Part shown: positions 49,934 through 63,641 of the stretch, piece by piece
How the letters are laid out: every line of letters begins with the position of its first letter
Position numbering within the stretch: the first letter of the stretch is position 1
Origin: an uncultured Methanosarcinales archaeon
GTDB taxonomy: Archaea > Nanobdellota > Nanobdellia > Woesearchaeales > CAXGTL01
DNA length: 64,000 nt
Assembly (NCBI GenBank): GCA_964535955.1
Contig: CAZHVK010000004.1
Span: 6,222-70,221, forward strand
Direction of reading: 5' to 3'
Notes under the pieces: generated by a model
The model's database searches: none
Seen by the model: the letters and a program-made list of their open reading frames with translations, nothing else
What the model was told of the DNA's origin: nothing
Position numbers and translations under genes: made by a program

Positions 49934-50482
49934 ATGTCAAATCAAGAAACATGTATATATTCAATATTAGCAATTATCTTTGCATTTGTATTATCCCCTC
50001 TAGGATTAGTATTTGGAATAATGGCTTTGGTTAAGATTCATAAAGATCCCAATTTAAAGGGAAAAGTGTTAGCAATCATTGCATTATTTATTGCTGTATG
50101 GGGTTGTTTTGTATGGTTTAGTTTGTTAGGTTCTTTGCTTTATTACGGAGTTCTGGACACAGATGTCTTTATACCTGAAAAATGTATTCTTGGGCCTGCT
50201 GGTAATATTGAATGCACTGAACCAGATTTAACTTCAGACGGAAGTTTATTGATCACATTAAAAAACACAGGTGGAATAGACTTAGAATCAGCAACACTAA
50301 GTATAGATGGTAAAGATTGTTCACCAAAAGACTTTGATTTTAAACACAATGAAGAACAGACATTTAACTGCCATGTTGAACCAGGAGAAACAGATCAAAT
50401 GGGTAAATTCAGCATGTCATTATTGTATGGAAAAGGAATAAAGAAATCAATGAGAGGCGATTTGGTAGCAACTTATAATTGA
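49934..50482 (+). CDS. Membrane protein with DUF4190-like N-terminus and Cys-containing extracellular beta domain
   Basis: GLVFGIMAL..I...KGKVLAI pattern, then YYGVLD..PEKC..C. Confidence 0.6.
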   Translation: MSNQETCIYSILAIIFAFVLSPLGLVFGIMALVKIHKDPNLKGKVLAIIALFIAVWGCFVWFSLLGSLLYYGVLDTDVFIPEKCILGPAGNIECTEPDLTSDGSLLITLKNTGGIDLESATLSIDGKDCSPKDFDFKHNEEQTFNCHVEPGETDQMGKFSMSLLYGKGIKKSMRGDLVATYN

Positions 50483-50527
50483 TTTTGTTTTTTTTATTTT
50501 TATTATTTGTTTTTGTTATGTTTTTTC

Positions 50528-53782
<3,255 letters not shown>

Positions 53783-54082
53783 TCAAACTTTCATCTGCCA
53801 TTTTCAATTAAATAAGTATCTCGCAAAACACAACCCCGTCGAGAATCATATAAATATGGAGTACTCAATCCTTTATAAACTTATCGTTGCTAAAATGCCT
53901 TCACAAGCCCTCTAATGCTGGGATTCAAGCATTTAAGGGGTTTGGAATGGTCTTATTTTGAACATTTAATCCCTATTGAGTGACAAACCAATCAAAACCT
54001 TTAAATACTGATAAAAATCTCCATTCATATAGTAAAAAAGAGGTTCTATAGTAAGTTGTAATATGTAAGGAGGTAAAGTAAA

Positions 54083-54352
54083 ATGACTTCAAGAGGAGGA
54101 TTATATGCAATGGTTTTTGTTACTATGTTAGCTTCAATGTCATCTTGTGCAAGAACTTGTGATATAAAAGATGATGTAAAAAGAGTTCAACATGAACTAA
54201 GAGCTGTCAAAGACTTACAAGTAGCACAAGCATTATCAGGATCAACATTAGAAGTGACTACTTTGAGAGAAGTGGAACAAAGAGGAGAATACAAACCAGA
54301 ACCATTTATTGTAATAGGATCAAAAGGCGGAAAAGAGTATACATATCCTTAA
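54083..54352 (+). CDS. Small secreted or membrane-anchored protein
   Basis: N-terminal hydrophobic segment; GGAGGT RBS. Confidence 0.65.
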   Translation: MTSRGGLYAMVFVTMLASMSSCARTCDIKDDVKRVQHELRAVKDLQVAQALSGSTLEVTTLREVEQRGEYKPEPFIVIGSKGGKEYTYP

Positions 54353-54481
54353 TTTTTTTATTTTGTCAAAAACAAACAAAATCAAAGAAAACTTTATATA
54401 TATTAAACAACCTCTCTATGAATACAAAAAGAGTATTCTAGATAGACATTATTCATAATCAAGACACAGGGGTGTTTTCAA

Positions 54482-56707
54482 TTGAACACAGAATCTATTG
54501 AAATACAAAATAAGAGCAAAGCATTACGAGAATCTCATGGCTTAGAATGGCTTGCTTTTAATCTATCAAAAGAACAACCTGATATAGAACAAAGACTTTC
54601 TCATTTAGACAATGATCCTGAAATAGACATAATAGAAGCATTGGTTGACAGTGGTTATGAACCAATTCTTGAGCCATTTCCAGGAAGCGGAAAGATGAAG
54701 GATTGTTATTTTGTATATCAGGATAAGAATAAAAAGCACAAAAGAGTTGCTGTTATTGATAAACCATTAAAAGATCTTTCTGAAAAATCAAGAAAAAACA
54801 AACAAAAAGGAAATGATGTTGAAAACGAAGGAAATATCTTAAGAAATATTTCAGATCGTAAAGAACATTATATAATTGATTATTATCACAAGATAAAACT
54901 TTCAGATGGCCGTTATATGCATATTATTGAATATTTTCCAGGAGAGCCACTGTTTGATTATGTGAAGAAAAATGGTCCTTTTTCAGCAAAAGGATTTGAA
55001 CAAGTTGCAGACAAACTATTAGTAGCTATAAGTCATGTTTATAATGATGGATATCTGCATAGAGACACTCACACAGGAAATATATTAGTTAGAGAAGATA
55101 AAGATGGATTTGATGCAAGATTAATAGATTTTGGAAATGCATCTGACAAAGAATCTTTAGAACAAAGGCTTTGTAATTCAACAGCAATGTCTTCAATAAT
55201 AGCAATGCCTATTGTTGATCCTTTTACAATCAGTGGTTTAACATCAGAACCAATCAAATATTCTGTTGCATCTGAGCTTTATGCACTAGGTACTGGATTA
55301 TACTATGCTTTAACAGGCAAAGATATTTTTTATTTTAATAAACAAACAGGAGAAGCAAGAGTAAGAAAAACAGATAAAAACTTATTAGATGAAAATGGAT
55401 TGCTTGATATTGAACTTTATGAACAAGAACTTGCTAATGCTTTAGATGATTTACCCAAAGAAGTAAGAAAATATTCAGAAATCTTGTACAAATTATTAAG
55501 TCTAGAAAGCAGGATGGAGAATCCTGAGGAAAATGCTTTTTACAAATCTGTGGATAAGAACAAAGAAAGTATAAACCCTTTTGAAACTCTTATACAGGAA
55601 TATAATGAGATTAAAGATTATGATCCAGATAAATTACAACAAGTATTAGGCAGTGCAATTGATAATACTCATAAATTACAAGATCTTTTAGATCAAAGAA
55701 AACAGATAATCAATAAAGGCAAAGAAAAGAAGTCATTCTTTAGCAGAATCTTAGGTAACAAGTATGCACTTGCAGCAGGAGCAATTGGTTTGATTGGTTT
55801 GCTTGTGTTTGGAAAGGATTATTTAAAGAAAGACAGCCTAGTTTTTGACCACCCGCCTATTGCAGAGGCTTCACAAACAATAACAGAACCAGCAACAGAA
55901 CAGGAAAACAGACCTATAATAGAAGAAAAACAACCAGCACAAGAACAAGAAGAATCAACATTAGAACAAACATTAAATGATCATTATGGTTTACAAGCAA
56001 TGAAACAAAATATTAAAAAACATGCTTATGTTAATACTGGAAAAGGTGATTGGAAATATGTAGATGTTCATAATGGTCTGGATCGTTATCAAGATACAAG
56101 AAATGGCACAATAGTTTTACTTAGTAAGTTTGGTATTGTAGATGATTTTTTCTTTCCAACTGCTGTAAATGAAATAATAACAGATGCTTATATGCATTTG
56201 GATGATCATTCTTGGAGACATGTAGGTAATATACATTTTGAAGAACACGGAAATCTAAACCGTTACCAACATAAGAAAACTGGTAATGTAGTATGTATAA
56301 ATAAACTTGGAATTATAAGAGAATATTTTATTCCAACAGCTGTTGATGAAATAGAATATGATGCTTATATTGATACTAGCAAATCCAGTCATTGGAGATA
56401 TGTAGACAAAATATATTTTGAAGAACATGGCAATTTAGACCGTTATCAAGACAAGGACAATGGTTCTGTAATTTGTATAAATAAACTTGATATTGTAAAA
56501 GAATATTTTATTCCAACAGGTTTTAATGATATAAAATATGATGCTTATATGTGTCTTGACTCTAATGATTGGAAGAATTTGGGTAAGATACAAAGTGAAA
56601 AGCATGGCACTCTAAACCGTTATCAGAATAAAGAAACAGGTACAATAGTCTGTATAAATAGACTTAGCATTTTAAAGGATTTCTTTATACCAACAAGTGT
56701 GAATTAA
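54482..56707 (+). CDS. Receptor-like Ser/Thr protein kinase (kinase - TM - 4 repeats)
   Basis: GSGKMK, HRDTHTGNIL, LIDFGNA and ELYALG motifs; TM YALAAGAIGLIGLLVFG. Confidence 0.88.
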   Translation: MNTESIEIQNKSKALRESHGLEWLAFNLSKEQPDIEQRLSHLDNDPEIDIIEALVDSGYEPILEPFPGSGKMKDCYFVYQDKNKKHKRVAVIDKPLKDLSEKSRKNKQKGNDVENEGNILRNISDRKEHYIIDYYHKIKLSDGRYMHIIEYFPGEPLFDYVKKNGPFSAKGFEQVADKLLVAISHVYNDGYLHRDTHTGNILVREDKDGFDARLIDFGNASDKESLEQRLCNSTAMSSIIAMPIVDPFTISGLTSEPIKYSVASELYALGTGLYYALTGKDIFYFNKQTGEARVRKTDKNLLDENGLLDIELYEQELANALDDLPKEVRKYSEILYKLLSLESRMENPEENAFYKSVDKNKESINPFETLIQEYNEIKDYDPDKLQQVLGSAIDNTHKLQDLLDQRKQIINKGKEKKSFFSRILGNKYALAAGAIGLIGLLVFGKDYLKKDSLVFDHPPIAEASQTITEPATEQENRPIIEEKQPAQEQEESTLEQTLNDHYGLQAMKQNIKKHAYVNTGKGDWKYVDVHNGLDRYQDTRNGTIVLLSKFGIVDDFFFPTAVNEIITDAYMHLDDHSWRHVGNIHFEEHGNLNRYQHKKTGNVVCINKLGIIREYFIPTAVDEIEYDAYIDTSKSSHWRYVDKIYFEEHGNLDRYQDKDNGSVICINKLDIVKEYFIPTGFNDIKYDAYMCLDSNDWKNLGKIQSEKHGTLNRYQNKETGTIVCINRLSILKDFFIPTSVN
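56024..56704 (+). repeat. Four ~55-60 aa C-terminal repeats of the kinase
   Basis: Unit AY...W....G.L.RYQ....G.(I/V)V.I.K..I...FFIPT..N. Confidence 0.9.
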
Positions 56708-57621
56708 CTCTTTATAATACCAATCAAACTACCACTGCAGTGATAAAACATTCTTATAACATTTATCAAATAATGAATTACTTGTTTTTCATTATCTTTT
56801 TTAGAATCCAGACATTTCATGCCTAACTTGAATGCAAATTTATTCTCAATACTGTGTATGTCCTGCACAATGTTTGTGTCTTTTGTAACATATAATTTAT
56901 GCAATTTGTCTAATTCTTCTTTTGCAGCACTTAAAAACTTTTTAATATCTTTGTTCATATTTATTTTCCTGTCATGAACATGATTATTAAGAAACCCAAG
57001 ATTTCTTCCTGCAAGTGTGATATGTGACAAAAACAACCAATAAATAGGTGCTAGTTTGGTAGAAAATAAACCTTTTGAAATACACCTTCTCAGGAAATTA
57101 GCATATTTATGAACACTCCTAACAAGTTCTTCTACTTCTCTGAATTCTTGTTTATTTCTTTTTATGATGTTTTTTTCTAAGATTCTCATTATCTCTTTTA
57201 AAATAAAAAACTCTTTATTGATTATGTTATTAAAATTATCAATGCTTGGTTCTGTTATTGATTCTATAACATATTCCTTATCAGAACGGGATCTTACATC
57301 AAAACCAATGATTGCTGTTTCAACAATCTTTTTCACTGTCTTTATTACATTTTTATTTTCAAACCTGATCGTGATCTTGTCATATCCTTGTCTATAAAGG
57401 TTTGCAATAAACCTGCTGATCAAGCTTTTCTCAGCAATTGGTATGTCTATCACTATTTCTTGTTTTTGTTTCTTTTTTTTTGAATCTATTATTAATTTAT
57501 TATGTTCTTCATCAACCTCTACTTCATCTCCTGCTTTTAAACCAATCTTATCAATCCACTTCTTTGGAACATAGATTGTTAAGCCTCCTCCTCCGCCTTG
57601 TCTTATTAATTTTCTTTTCAT
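56704..57621 (-). CDS. PhoU-family regulator with AbrB-like domain
   Basis: MKRKLIRQGGGGLTIYVPKKW..GLKAGDEV; LYRQGYD. Confidence 0.85.
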   Translation of the reverse strand: MKRKLIRQGGGGGLTIYVPKKWIDKIGLKAGDEVEVDEEHNKLIIDSKKKKQKQEIVIDIPIAEKSLISRFIANLYRQGYDKITIRFENKNVIKTVKKIVETAIIGFDVRSRSDKEYVIESITEPSIDNFNNIINKEFFILKEIMRILEKNIIKRNKQEFREVEELVRSVHKYANFLRRCISKGLFSTKLAPIYWLFLSHITLAGRNLGFLNNHVHDRKINMNKDIKKFLSAAKEELDKLHKLYVTKDTNIVQDIHSIENKFAFKLGMKCLDSKKDNEKQVIHYLINVIRMFYHCSGSLIGIIKS

Positions 57622-57794
57622 ATTCTATGTGGTAAGTAACACTCATTTATATATTTTTCGATTTTCATATCTATCATATCTTTCATATCACAAAGATATT
57701 AATACTCCCTTTACCTTCCTTTTTACTAGATAGATGTGATCAATCACCCCTAAAAAAAAGAGTTCTTGATAGATTATTATTAGGAGGAACAAAA

Positions 57795-57998
57795 ATGAAA
57801 CCAAAACCAACAGGTATGAAAAAGATTGTGATGTGTGCAATAGGAGCATATGCATTAACTAGATTTATGTGTCCTTATTTTGAGATTTTTCCTAATTTTG
57901 ATTATGATAAAAAAACAAAAGTATACCAAACAAAACAAGCACAGGACACGGTTGATAAGCCATTATGTGGCATTACAACTGAATATGACAGAGGCTAA
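57795..57998 (+). CDS. Small hypothetical protein
   Basis: GGAGG RBS; N-terminal hydrophobic stretch. Confidence 0.55.
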   Translation: MKPKPTGMKKIVMCAIGAYALTRFMCPYFEIFPNFDYDKKTKVYQTKQAQDTVDKPLCGITTEYDRG

Positions 57999-58042
57999 AA
58001 AATGAATAATCAAGAAAAGATAACCAAGGAGGCTGAAACAAA

Positions 58043-58927
58043 ATGAGCTTAACAAAAATATTAACAACAACATTATTAGTAGGTGGTATGATGTTTAATT
58101 ACATAGTCAGACCAGCACTAGCTAAAAACCAACCAGTACAAATTGCTGTAATTGATTATAATTCAGAACTAGAAAAATTAGATGAATTATATGGCAAAGC
58201 AAGAACACATGGTGAAAGGGATAAAATAAGTGAATTAATAACAAAATACAAGAGCATTAAATTACTAAGCATTGGTCTTGATGAATTAGAAAGATCAATT
58301 GGTGATGTTGAAAAACTAGAAAATGAATTAAGTGATATTGTTAGTGGAAATGATACTGACAACAACAACCAAGGCAATTATACAGACAATACAGTTCCAG
58401 AGCCTAAGGAAGTGTATGATAATTATGTAGATGATATTCTAAACCCAGAAATAGAACAATCAGAAGAACTAGATATATTTCCAGAAGAGACAGAACAAGA
58501 AACACAATATGATACACAACCAGAAGAAGAACAAGAAACACAACAAGAGCTCAAAGAATATCCATTAGGTGTTCTTATTTTAGAAGATGTATATTTAGAT
58601 AAAATAATGAATATACCAGACCAGCCAAAAGCAGTAAACCCTGCTCATAATTTTTGTTTACAAAGAGATGTTGCAGACATGATTATAACAACATATGCAT
58701 GTGAACTTGAGCATGGAAGACATGTAGAAAAACAAGGAGATACAATCAAGGTAAAGATTTCAGGAAATGTTTCTGGTGAATATTGTCTAAAAGCAAGAGA
58801 CAATCTGATTAAAGCGCTAGAATCAAGATACACAACAGAAGAAGTACAGGAACTTGCAAAGACAAACCCAGGTATTAGTATTTTGTTTCCTATAATATCT
58901 CCGTACATACCATTAGAAGGTGAATAA
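58043..58927 (+). CDS. Secreted acidic hypothetical protein
   Basis: Signal-peptide-like N-terminus ending ALA; GGAGG RBS. Confidence 0.7.
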   Translation: MSLTKILTTTLLVGGMMFNYIVRPALAKNQPVQIAVIDYNSELEKLDELYGKARTHGERDKISELITKYKSIKLLSIGLDELERSIGDVEKLENELSDIVSGNDTDNNNQGNYTDNTVPEPKEVYDNYVDDILNPEIEQSEELDIFPEETEQETQYDTQPEEEQETQQELKEYPLGVLILEDVYLDKIMNIPDQPKAVNPAHNFCLQRDVADMIITTYACELEHGRHVEKQGDTIKVKISGNVSGEYCLKARDNLIKALESRYTTEEVQELAKTNPGISILFPIISPYIPLEGE

Positions 58928-58928
58928 A

Positions 58929-59597
58929 ATGGAAAACTTAGAAGAAAGAATGAAAAAACATAACAAACCACTTCACGAAGGTGATAATACTGGTAGGACA
59001 TTATTAGTCTTATGTGCAGGCATAGCAGCAATCGGATCTTGGTGGGTCTATGGGTTTGTATTAGATGATAAAGATGTTCCTTATGAAAGAGAAATAAAAC
59101 AGATTGTTAGAGAATACAAATCAGACAAACAACAAGAATCTCCTTTATTTCCAGAATCACAACCAATTGATTCTGAAGGTGTATATGAAGGAGATATCTC
59201 AGGTGGATCAGGAATTCCTCAGTCTGTTTATGACAAAGAAAAAACTGATTATGAAAACCAAGGAGCTCTTTTCTTGAATGAAACAACAGGTGAACTTATC
59301 AGAGTAAATGAGAAAGGCTTTATTGTTTCATATGACAAACCAGAAGCAGTTAATGAATTAATGATTGGTGGTTATATCAGTGACCACAAGCTATTAAACG
59401 AATGGGAAGAAAAGACACAAGACGAACAACAAGATATTTATTTTTTCCAGAACCTTACAGATGGTACAATAATCTCAGTAAACAAACATTACAGAATACA
59501 ATCAATAGAAGAACCTCTAAATTCAGACACTTTAGAAAAAGGTGTTTACATCAATGATAACACACTATTGAATGAATGGGAACATATTGAAGAATAA
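58929..59597 (+). CDS. Single-TM protein with two repeats resembling the kinase C-terminal repeats
   Basis: FLNETTGELIRVNEK and FQNLTDGTIISVNKH, each followed by YI.D..LLNEWE. Confidence 0.7.
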   Translation: MENLEERMKKHNKPLHEGDNTGRTLLVLCAGIAAIGSWWVYGFVLDDKDVPYEREIKQIVREYKSDKQQESPLFPESQPIDSEGVYEGDISGGSGIPQSVYDKEKTDYENQGALFLNETTGELIRVNEKGFIVSYDKPEAVNELMIGGYISDHKLLNEWEEKTQDEQQDIYFFQNLTDGTIISVNKHYRIQSIEEPLNSDTLEKGVYINDNTLLNEWEHIEE

Positions 59598-59609
59598 AGG
59601 TGAAACAAA

Positions 59610-60401
59610 ATGAATAAAAATATAAAAAATCTCGGAAAAACAGTATTAGGCTTGACAACTTTAGCAGCTTTATTATATGTTAATCCTATAAATGCAAAAG
59701 AAAACTCAGCTAATAAAAATCCAAGACCTAGGAAATGTATAAGTTATTCTTCTGTCGGTGGAACTAAAGAAAAAGCATTTAAAATTAATAATGCACAGGG
59801 AGAACCAGTTCTTCATAAAGGCTCATTACTTGTACATCTTGTTAAAAATTCAATGCTTTTTGTCGTGATTGATGGTTGTAAATATGAAATCCATGAGACA
59901 AGTGGAAATGATAAACCAGATTCAGCAAAAGTTTTGCAAGACAAGAAACATTATGCAACACAAGGACAATTGGCAACAGAAAATAAATATGGTGATTTTT
60001 ATAGGAGGATAAGAGATGGCGTTATTAAAGAATATGCTGATAATTTGATCAGAATCCTGAATAATGAGGAAGAACCAGAACACCTTACAATTGATAATAC
60101 TAGTTATAATTATTTTAGTGCAGAAGACGAAGAGATCATAAATATTTTTGCCACTGATAAAAATGGAACAAGATATAGTTTTTGTGCAAATCTCTCTGAC
60201 AAAAGTGTTCGAGATTTTAAAGTTGACAATAAAATAGACAGGATAAGTATAGACATACAAAATAACTATTCAAAAGATGTTCAAGGATTACTTGTAGGAA
60301 TAATTGATTCTGCTATTGGTTATAAAGAAAAAGAAAAAGAATCACAATCTCAGAGACATGATCAAATACAGCAAGAGATCCTAGAACAATTCGGATATTA
60401 G
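59610..60401 (+). CDS. Secreted hypothetical protein
   Basis: Signal-peptide-like N-terminus; AGGTGA RBS. Confidence 0.7.
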   Translation: MNKNIKNLGKTVLGLTTLAALLYVNPINAKENSANKNPRPRKCISYSSVGGTKEKAFKINNAQGEPVLHKGSLLVHLVKNSMLFVVIDGCKYEIHETSGNDKPDSAKVLQDKKHYATQGQLATENKYGDFYRRIRDGVIKEYADNLIRILNNEEEPEHLTIDNTSYNYFSAEDEEIINIFATDKNGTRYSFCANLSDKSVRDFKVDNKIDRISIDIQNNYSKDVQGLLVGIIDSAIGYKEKEKESQSQRHDQIQQEILEQFGY

Positions 60402-60412
60402 GTGAATAAAAA

Positions 60413-60670
60413 ATGTCAGACAACACTCCAGAAAAATACATTGCAGTAATGAAGCCGTACATCAGCAAAGTAAAACAATATTTTTCAAAGGTTTTTACTG
60501 ATAATGGAGGTAAGATTCCTTTTAAAGGTTTATCAAGAGACCTTTATGATCAATTTAATATTTTGCCAATCAAAATAATACCTTCAGAAAATAAAAGACA
60601 AATATCAATACGCAGGGAAATGAAAATTCCATTATATCCTGTGATACAAGACTTTGTCTATCCAATATAA
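60413..60670 (+). CDS. Small hypothetical protein
   Basis: AGGTGA RBS, operon spacing. Confidence 0.6.
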   Translation: MSDNTPEKYIAVMKPYISKVKQYFSKVFTDNGGKIPFKGLSRDLYDQFNILPIKIIPSENKRQISIRREMKIPLYPVIQDFVYPI

Positions 60671-60683
60671 GAGGAAATAAAAA

Positions 60684-62780
60684 ATGAAATACAGAAAAAC
60701 ATTAGGAACTGCAATTTCATTGCTAGCTGCACCTTTTTTATATTTTGCACAGCCAGCAAAAGCAGATACTTTTGATAAAGTAGTTTCAAAAAGCAATAAA
60801 GAATTCCAACAAAGTTTACAAAAAAGTAACAAAGAGTTTGATGAAAGATTGCAACAAAGTAACAAAGATTTTGAACAAGGATTGCAAAAGAGTGAACAAG
60901 AATTCCAAAAAAAATTAGAACAAAGTGACAAACAATACCAAGAACAATTACAAAAAAGTGAAAAAGAATTTGATGAACATTTAGAAAAAAGTAATAAAGA
61001 ATTTGAACAAGCTTTAAAAAAAAGCAATCTAAGATTTAAACAAGGACTTGAAAATACAAGAAAAAGGTTTGATGAAAAAATATATAATTTTCATAAAGAA
61101 TCGCAAGATGAGATCTCTGACTTAGAAAAAAAAATAAACACAAAACCTTTACCAGAAACATTTTATTATAATAACAATAGATATACACGTGTTCCACTAA
61201 AAAGATTAACAAAACCAGTAAGAAAAAAGACCACAATAAGAACAAGACCAAATAACAGAACAAATTCAACAAAAAACAGAAACACAACAACAAGAACTAA
61301 TAGATACAATCTACAACAGCAATTCAAGAAATTCAAACAATCATTAGACACAATCCTTGACAATGATGTAAAACCTTTATTTTCTACAGAAGAAGCATAT
61401 TCTTATTTCACACAACCAAGAGTCGGTGAAAAGAACAAAGTAGAGTTTGCAAAACAAGTGCACGATAAGTACAGCAAGGTATGGGCAAACAAGATGCACC
61501 AAGGTTTTCCATTGTTCAGTGCAGAGGATATCATACAATTATATAATCTAGGTAATGTTGATGACTTTTTTGCACACACAGACAAATTACTTGAATACAG
61601 ACCAGAACAAAACCAAGGAAATCCTTTTTTTCATGATGGTGAACAAATAATAAGATCTTATTTGAATAAAATGCCAGAAGAATTTATTGATGGTTGGATG
61701 AAAGTGATGGATAGATTGAATTTTGACTGTAAATTCTTAAACACAGCATGGGAATCAGGATTACATGCAGACAGTTACCTTGTAACAAAAGCATTAGCAT
61801 TAGGAGATGATAATGGCAGTCCTCTTTATAACAGGTATAATAAAGATGCACAAAGTTTGTTAGAACTGCATCAATTAGGTGCAAAAGCTGATATATTTGA
61901 TTTTTTTTCCCAGTTTAAGAGTGATAAAGGTTATTTTTTATTCAGACCACAGAGGATAAAAGAGATTGTAAAAAAAGGTTTTGACCTTGATGATGATTAT
62001 ATAAAACAATTACTAGAACTAGAACAAAGAAACAAAGAAAAACTTACAATAGGAGACATAGAAAGCGCAGCAGTAATCAAGAGCATGAATAATCCAAACT
62101 ATGTTTCATCATTATACAAGATCTTTAAAGAACAAGGAATTGATTACAAACTAAGTCTAGCAAAGATCAAAAGATATTGTCAATTAAACTTACCATTAAG
62201 AGACATCTTCTTTTATGACACAAGAAAACCAAATGCAGTGATTGTATTACCAACATCAGATCATAATGAGGCTTTTTATGGAGAATCTGGCAGAGATTTT
62301 ATCAAGTCTTTATTAAGACAATATGATGCACAGATAATAATTGCAGACACAGAACAAGATGTATATACTGGGTTAGACTATGTTCCAGATGTTTTGCTGA
62401 CAACCATCTCAGGCCATGGAACTCAAAAAACATTGTCATTAGGAGAAGCAGACCTAAGAATATATACAGGATCTGGTGACGAGACAAGGACTATTGACAC
62501 TTCTGATGTAGAATTATTATCTTATCTAAAAAAAACACACCCTAGGTCAGTTGTTTTATTAAGATCATGCCTAAATGGCAAAGGAAGACAGTATGAAGAA
62601 AACCTTGCTAATTTTACAGCAAAGTCAGGAAGAAAAGTCATCTCAGGAGATGATATTGCTAACAGAACAGAGATCACTTCATTATTTCCTTTTGACGCAG
62701 AAGTTTATCATCACGACAAAGAAACAGGAAGATACAGAAGAATTACATATAAGCCAGAGATTGGAGGAAAAATACAATGA
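60684..62780 (+). CDS. Secreted protein with 11-aa coiled-coil repeats and putative C-terminal caspase/CHAT-like peptidase
   Basis: Signal peptide (AKA), QKSNKEFDERL repeats, ISGHG...VVLLRSC. Confidence 0.65.
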   Translation: MKYRKTLGTAISLLAAPFLYFAQPAKADTFDKVVSKSNKEFQQSLQKSNKEFDERLQQSNKDFEQGLQKSEQEFQKKLEQSDKQYQEQLQKSEKEFDEHLEKSNKEFEQALKKSNLRFKQGLENTRKRFDEKIYNFHKESQDEISDLEKKINTKPLPETFYYNNNRYTRVPLKRLTKPVRKKTTIRTRPNNRTNSTKNRNTTTRTNRYNLQQQFKKFKQSLDTILDNDVKPLFSTEEAYSYFTQPRVGEKNKVEFAKQVHDKYSKVWANKMHQGFPLFSAEDIIQLYNLGNVDDFFAHTDKLLEYRPEQNQGNPFFHDGEQIIRSYLNKMPEEFIDGWMKVMDRLNFDCKFLNTAWESGLHADSYLVTKALALGDDNGSPLYNRYNKDAQSLLELHQLGAKADIFDFFSQFKSDKGYFLFRPQRIKEIVKKGFDLDDDYIKQLLELEQRNKEKLTIGDIESAAVIKSMNNPNYVSSLYKIFKEQGIDYKLSLAKIKRYCQLNLPLRDIFFYDTRKPNAVIVLPTSDHNEAFYGESGRDFIKSLLRQYDAQIIIADTEQDVYTGLDYVPDVLLTTISGHGTQKTLSLGEADLRIYTGSGDETRTIDTSDVELLSYLKKTHPRSVVLLRSCLNGKGRQYEENLANFTAKSGRKVISGDDIANRTEITSLFPFDAEVYHHDKETGRYRRITYKPEIGGKIQ
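60786..61049 (+). repeat. About 8 x 33-bp coding tandem repeat (hendecad)
   Basis: Units such as CAAAAAAGTAACAAAGAGTTTGATGAAAGATTG. Confidence 0.85.
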
Positions 62781-63187
62781 ATAAAACAATAGGAAAAAGA
62801 CCAGAATCAATTGATAATAAAGTAGATAATCAAGTTGATGACAAATTAGATGATAACAAGACAAAAGCTTACAATGCTTTGCAAAAGATAAATGATTCTT
62901 ATGACTCAATAAGAAAATCATTAGGAACATCTAATTTAATCATTGGTGCACTTTGTCTAGGTTATGTTGTTTTAGGAGCAATGAACCTTATAGCTCAAAA
63001 ACAAGAATTCCCAATTGTAAACACAGTTCAAGAAGGTTACATACCAACAGACAGGATAGAGATTGAAGTCAAAGACCTAGATGACAGAGATGAACTTCCA
63101 GAGTCTTATATCATTGTCAATGGAAGAAGGTATCATTTGAGTTATAAAGGAAATAAGTATGAAAATATTGATTTGTTGAAGTATTAG
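62777..63187 (+). CDS. Single-TM hypothetical protein
   Basis: ATGA overlap with the upstream gene, GGAGG RBS, central TM segment. Confidence 0.7.
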   Translation: MNKTIGKRPESIDNKVDNQVDDKLDDNKTKAYNALQKINDSYDSIRKSLGTSNLIIGALCLGYVVLGAMNLIAQKQEFPIVNTVQEGYIPTDRIEIEVKDLDDRDELPESYIIVNGRRYHLSYKGNKYENIDLLKY

Positions 63188-63197
63188 GTGGGAATAA

Positions 63198-63641
63198 GTG
63201 ACACTTGACAGATTACTCAAAACAAAGCAAAGAATAAGACAAAAACATAATCAAGAACCTTTTGAAAGAGAAACAGATGAAACTTATTCTATAGTTTACC
63301 AAACACAGATGTGCTGGTATGCTGGTATGGGACATCATACAGGCACAAGGCCAAGGATAAGATATGATATAAACAAACAAACAGGATTTGTAACAGTAAC
63401 ACACTATAGACAAACAGATAATTATGTCTTACCATCACCTGAGACAGCAATGCTCATGCCTTTTGAACCTCATAAAAGAAAAGTATATTCTACAAGAGAA
63501 TTTTATGAATATCTAGAAACAGGTGATCATACACTTGGAACAAGAGTATCAATACCTAGAAAAGAAACTGTAAAAGGCCAGATTCTAAATAGAAAAAAAC
63601 TATTAGCAGAATTAATAAAAAAACACAGGTTAAAAGAATGA
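63198..63641 (+). CDS. Hypothetical protein
   Basis: GTG start after an AGGTGG RBS. Confidence 0.65.
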   Translation: MTLDRLLKTKQRIRQKHNQEPFERETDETYSIVYQTQMCWYAGMGHHTGTRPRIRYDINKQTGFVTVTHYRQTDNYVLPSPETAMLMPFEPHKRKVYSTREFYEYLETGDHTLGTRVSIPRKETVKGQILNRKKLLAELIKKHRLKE

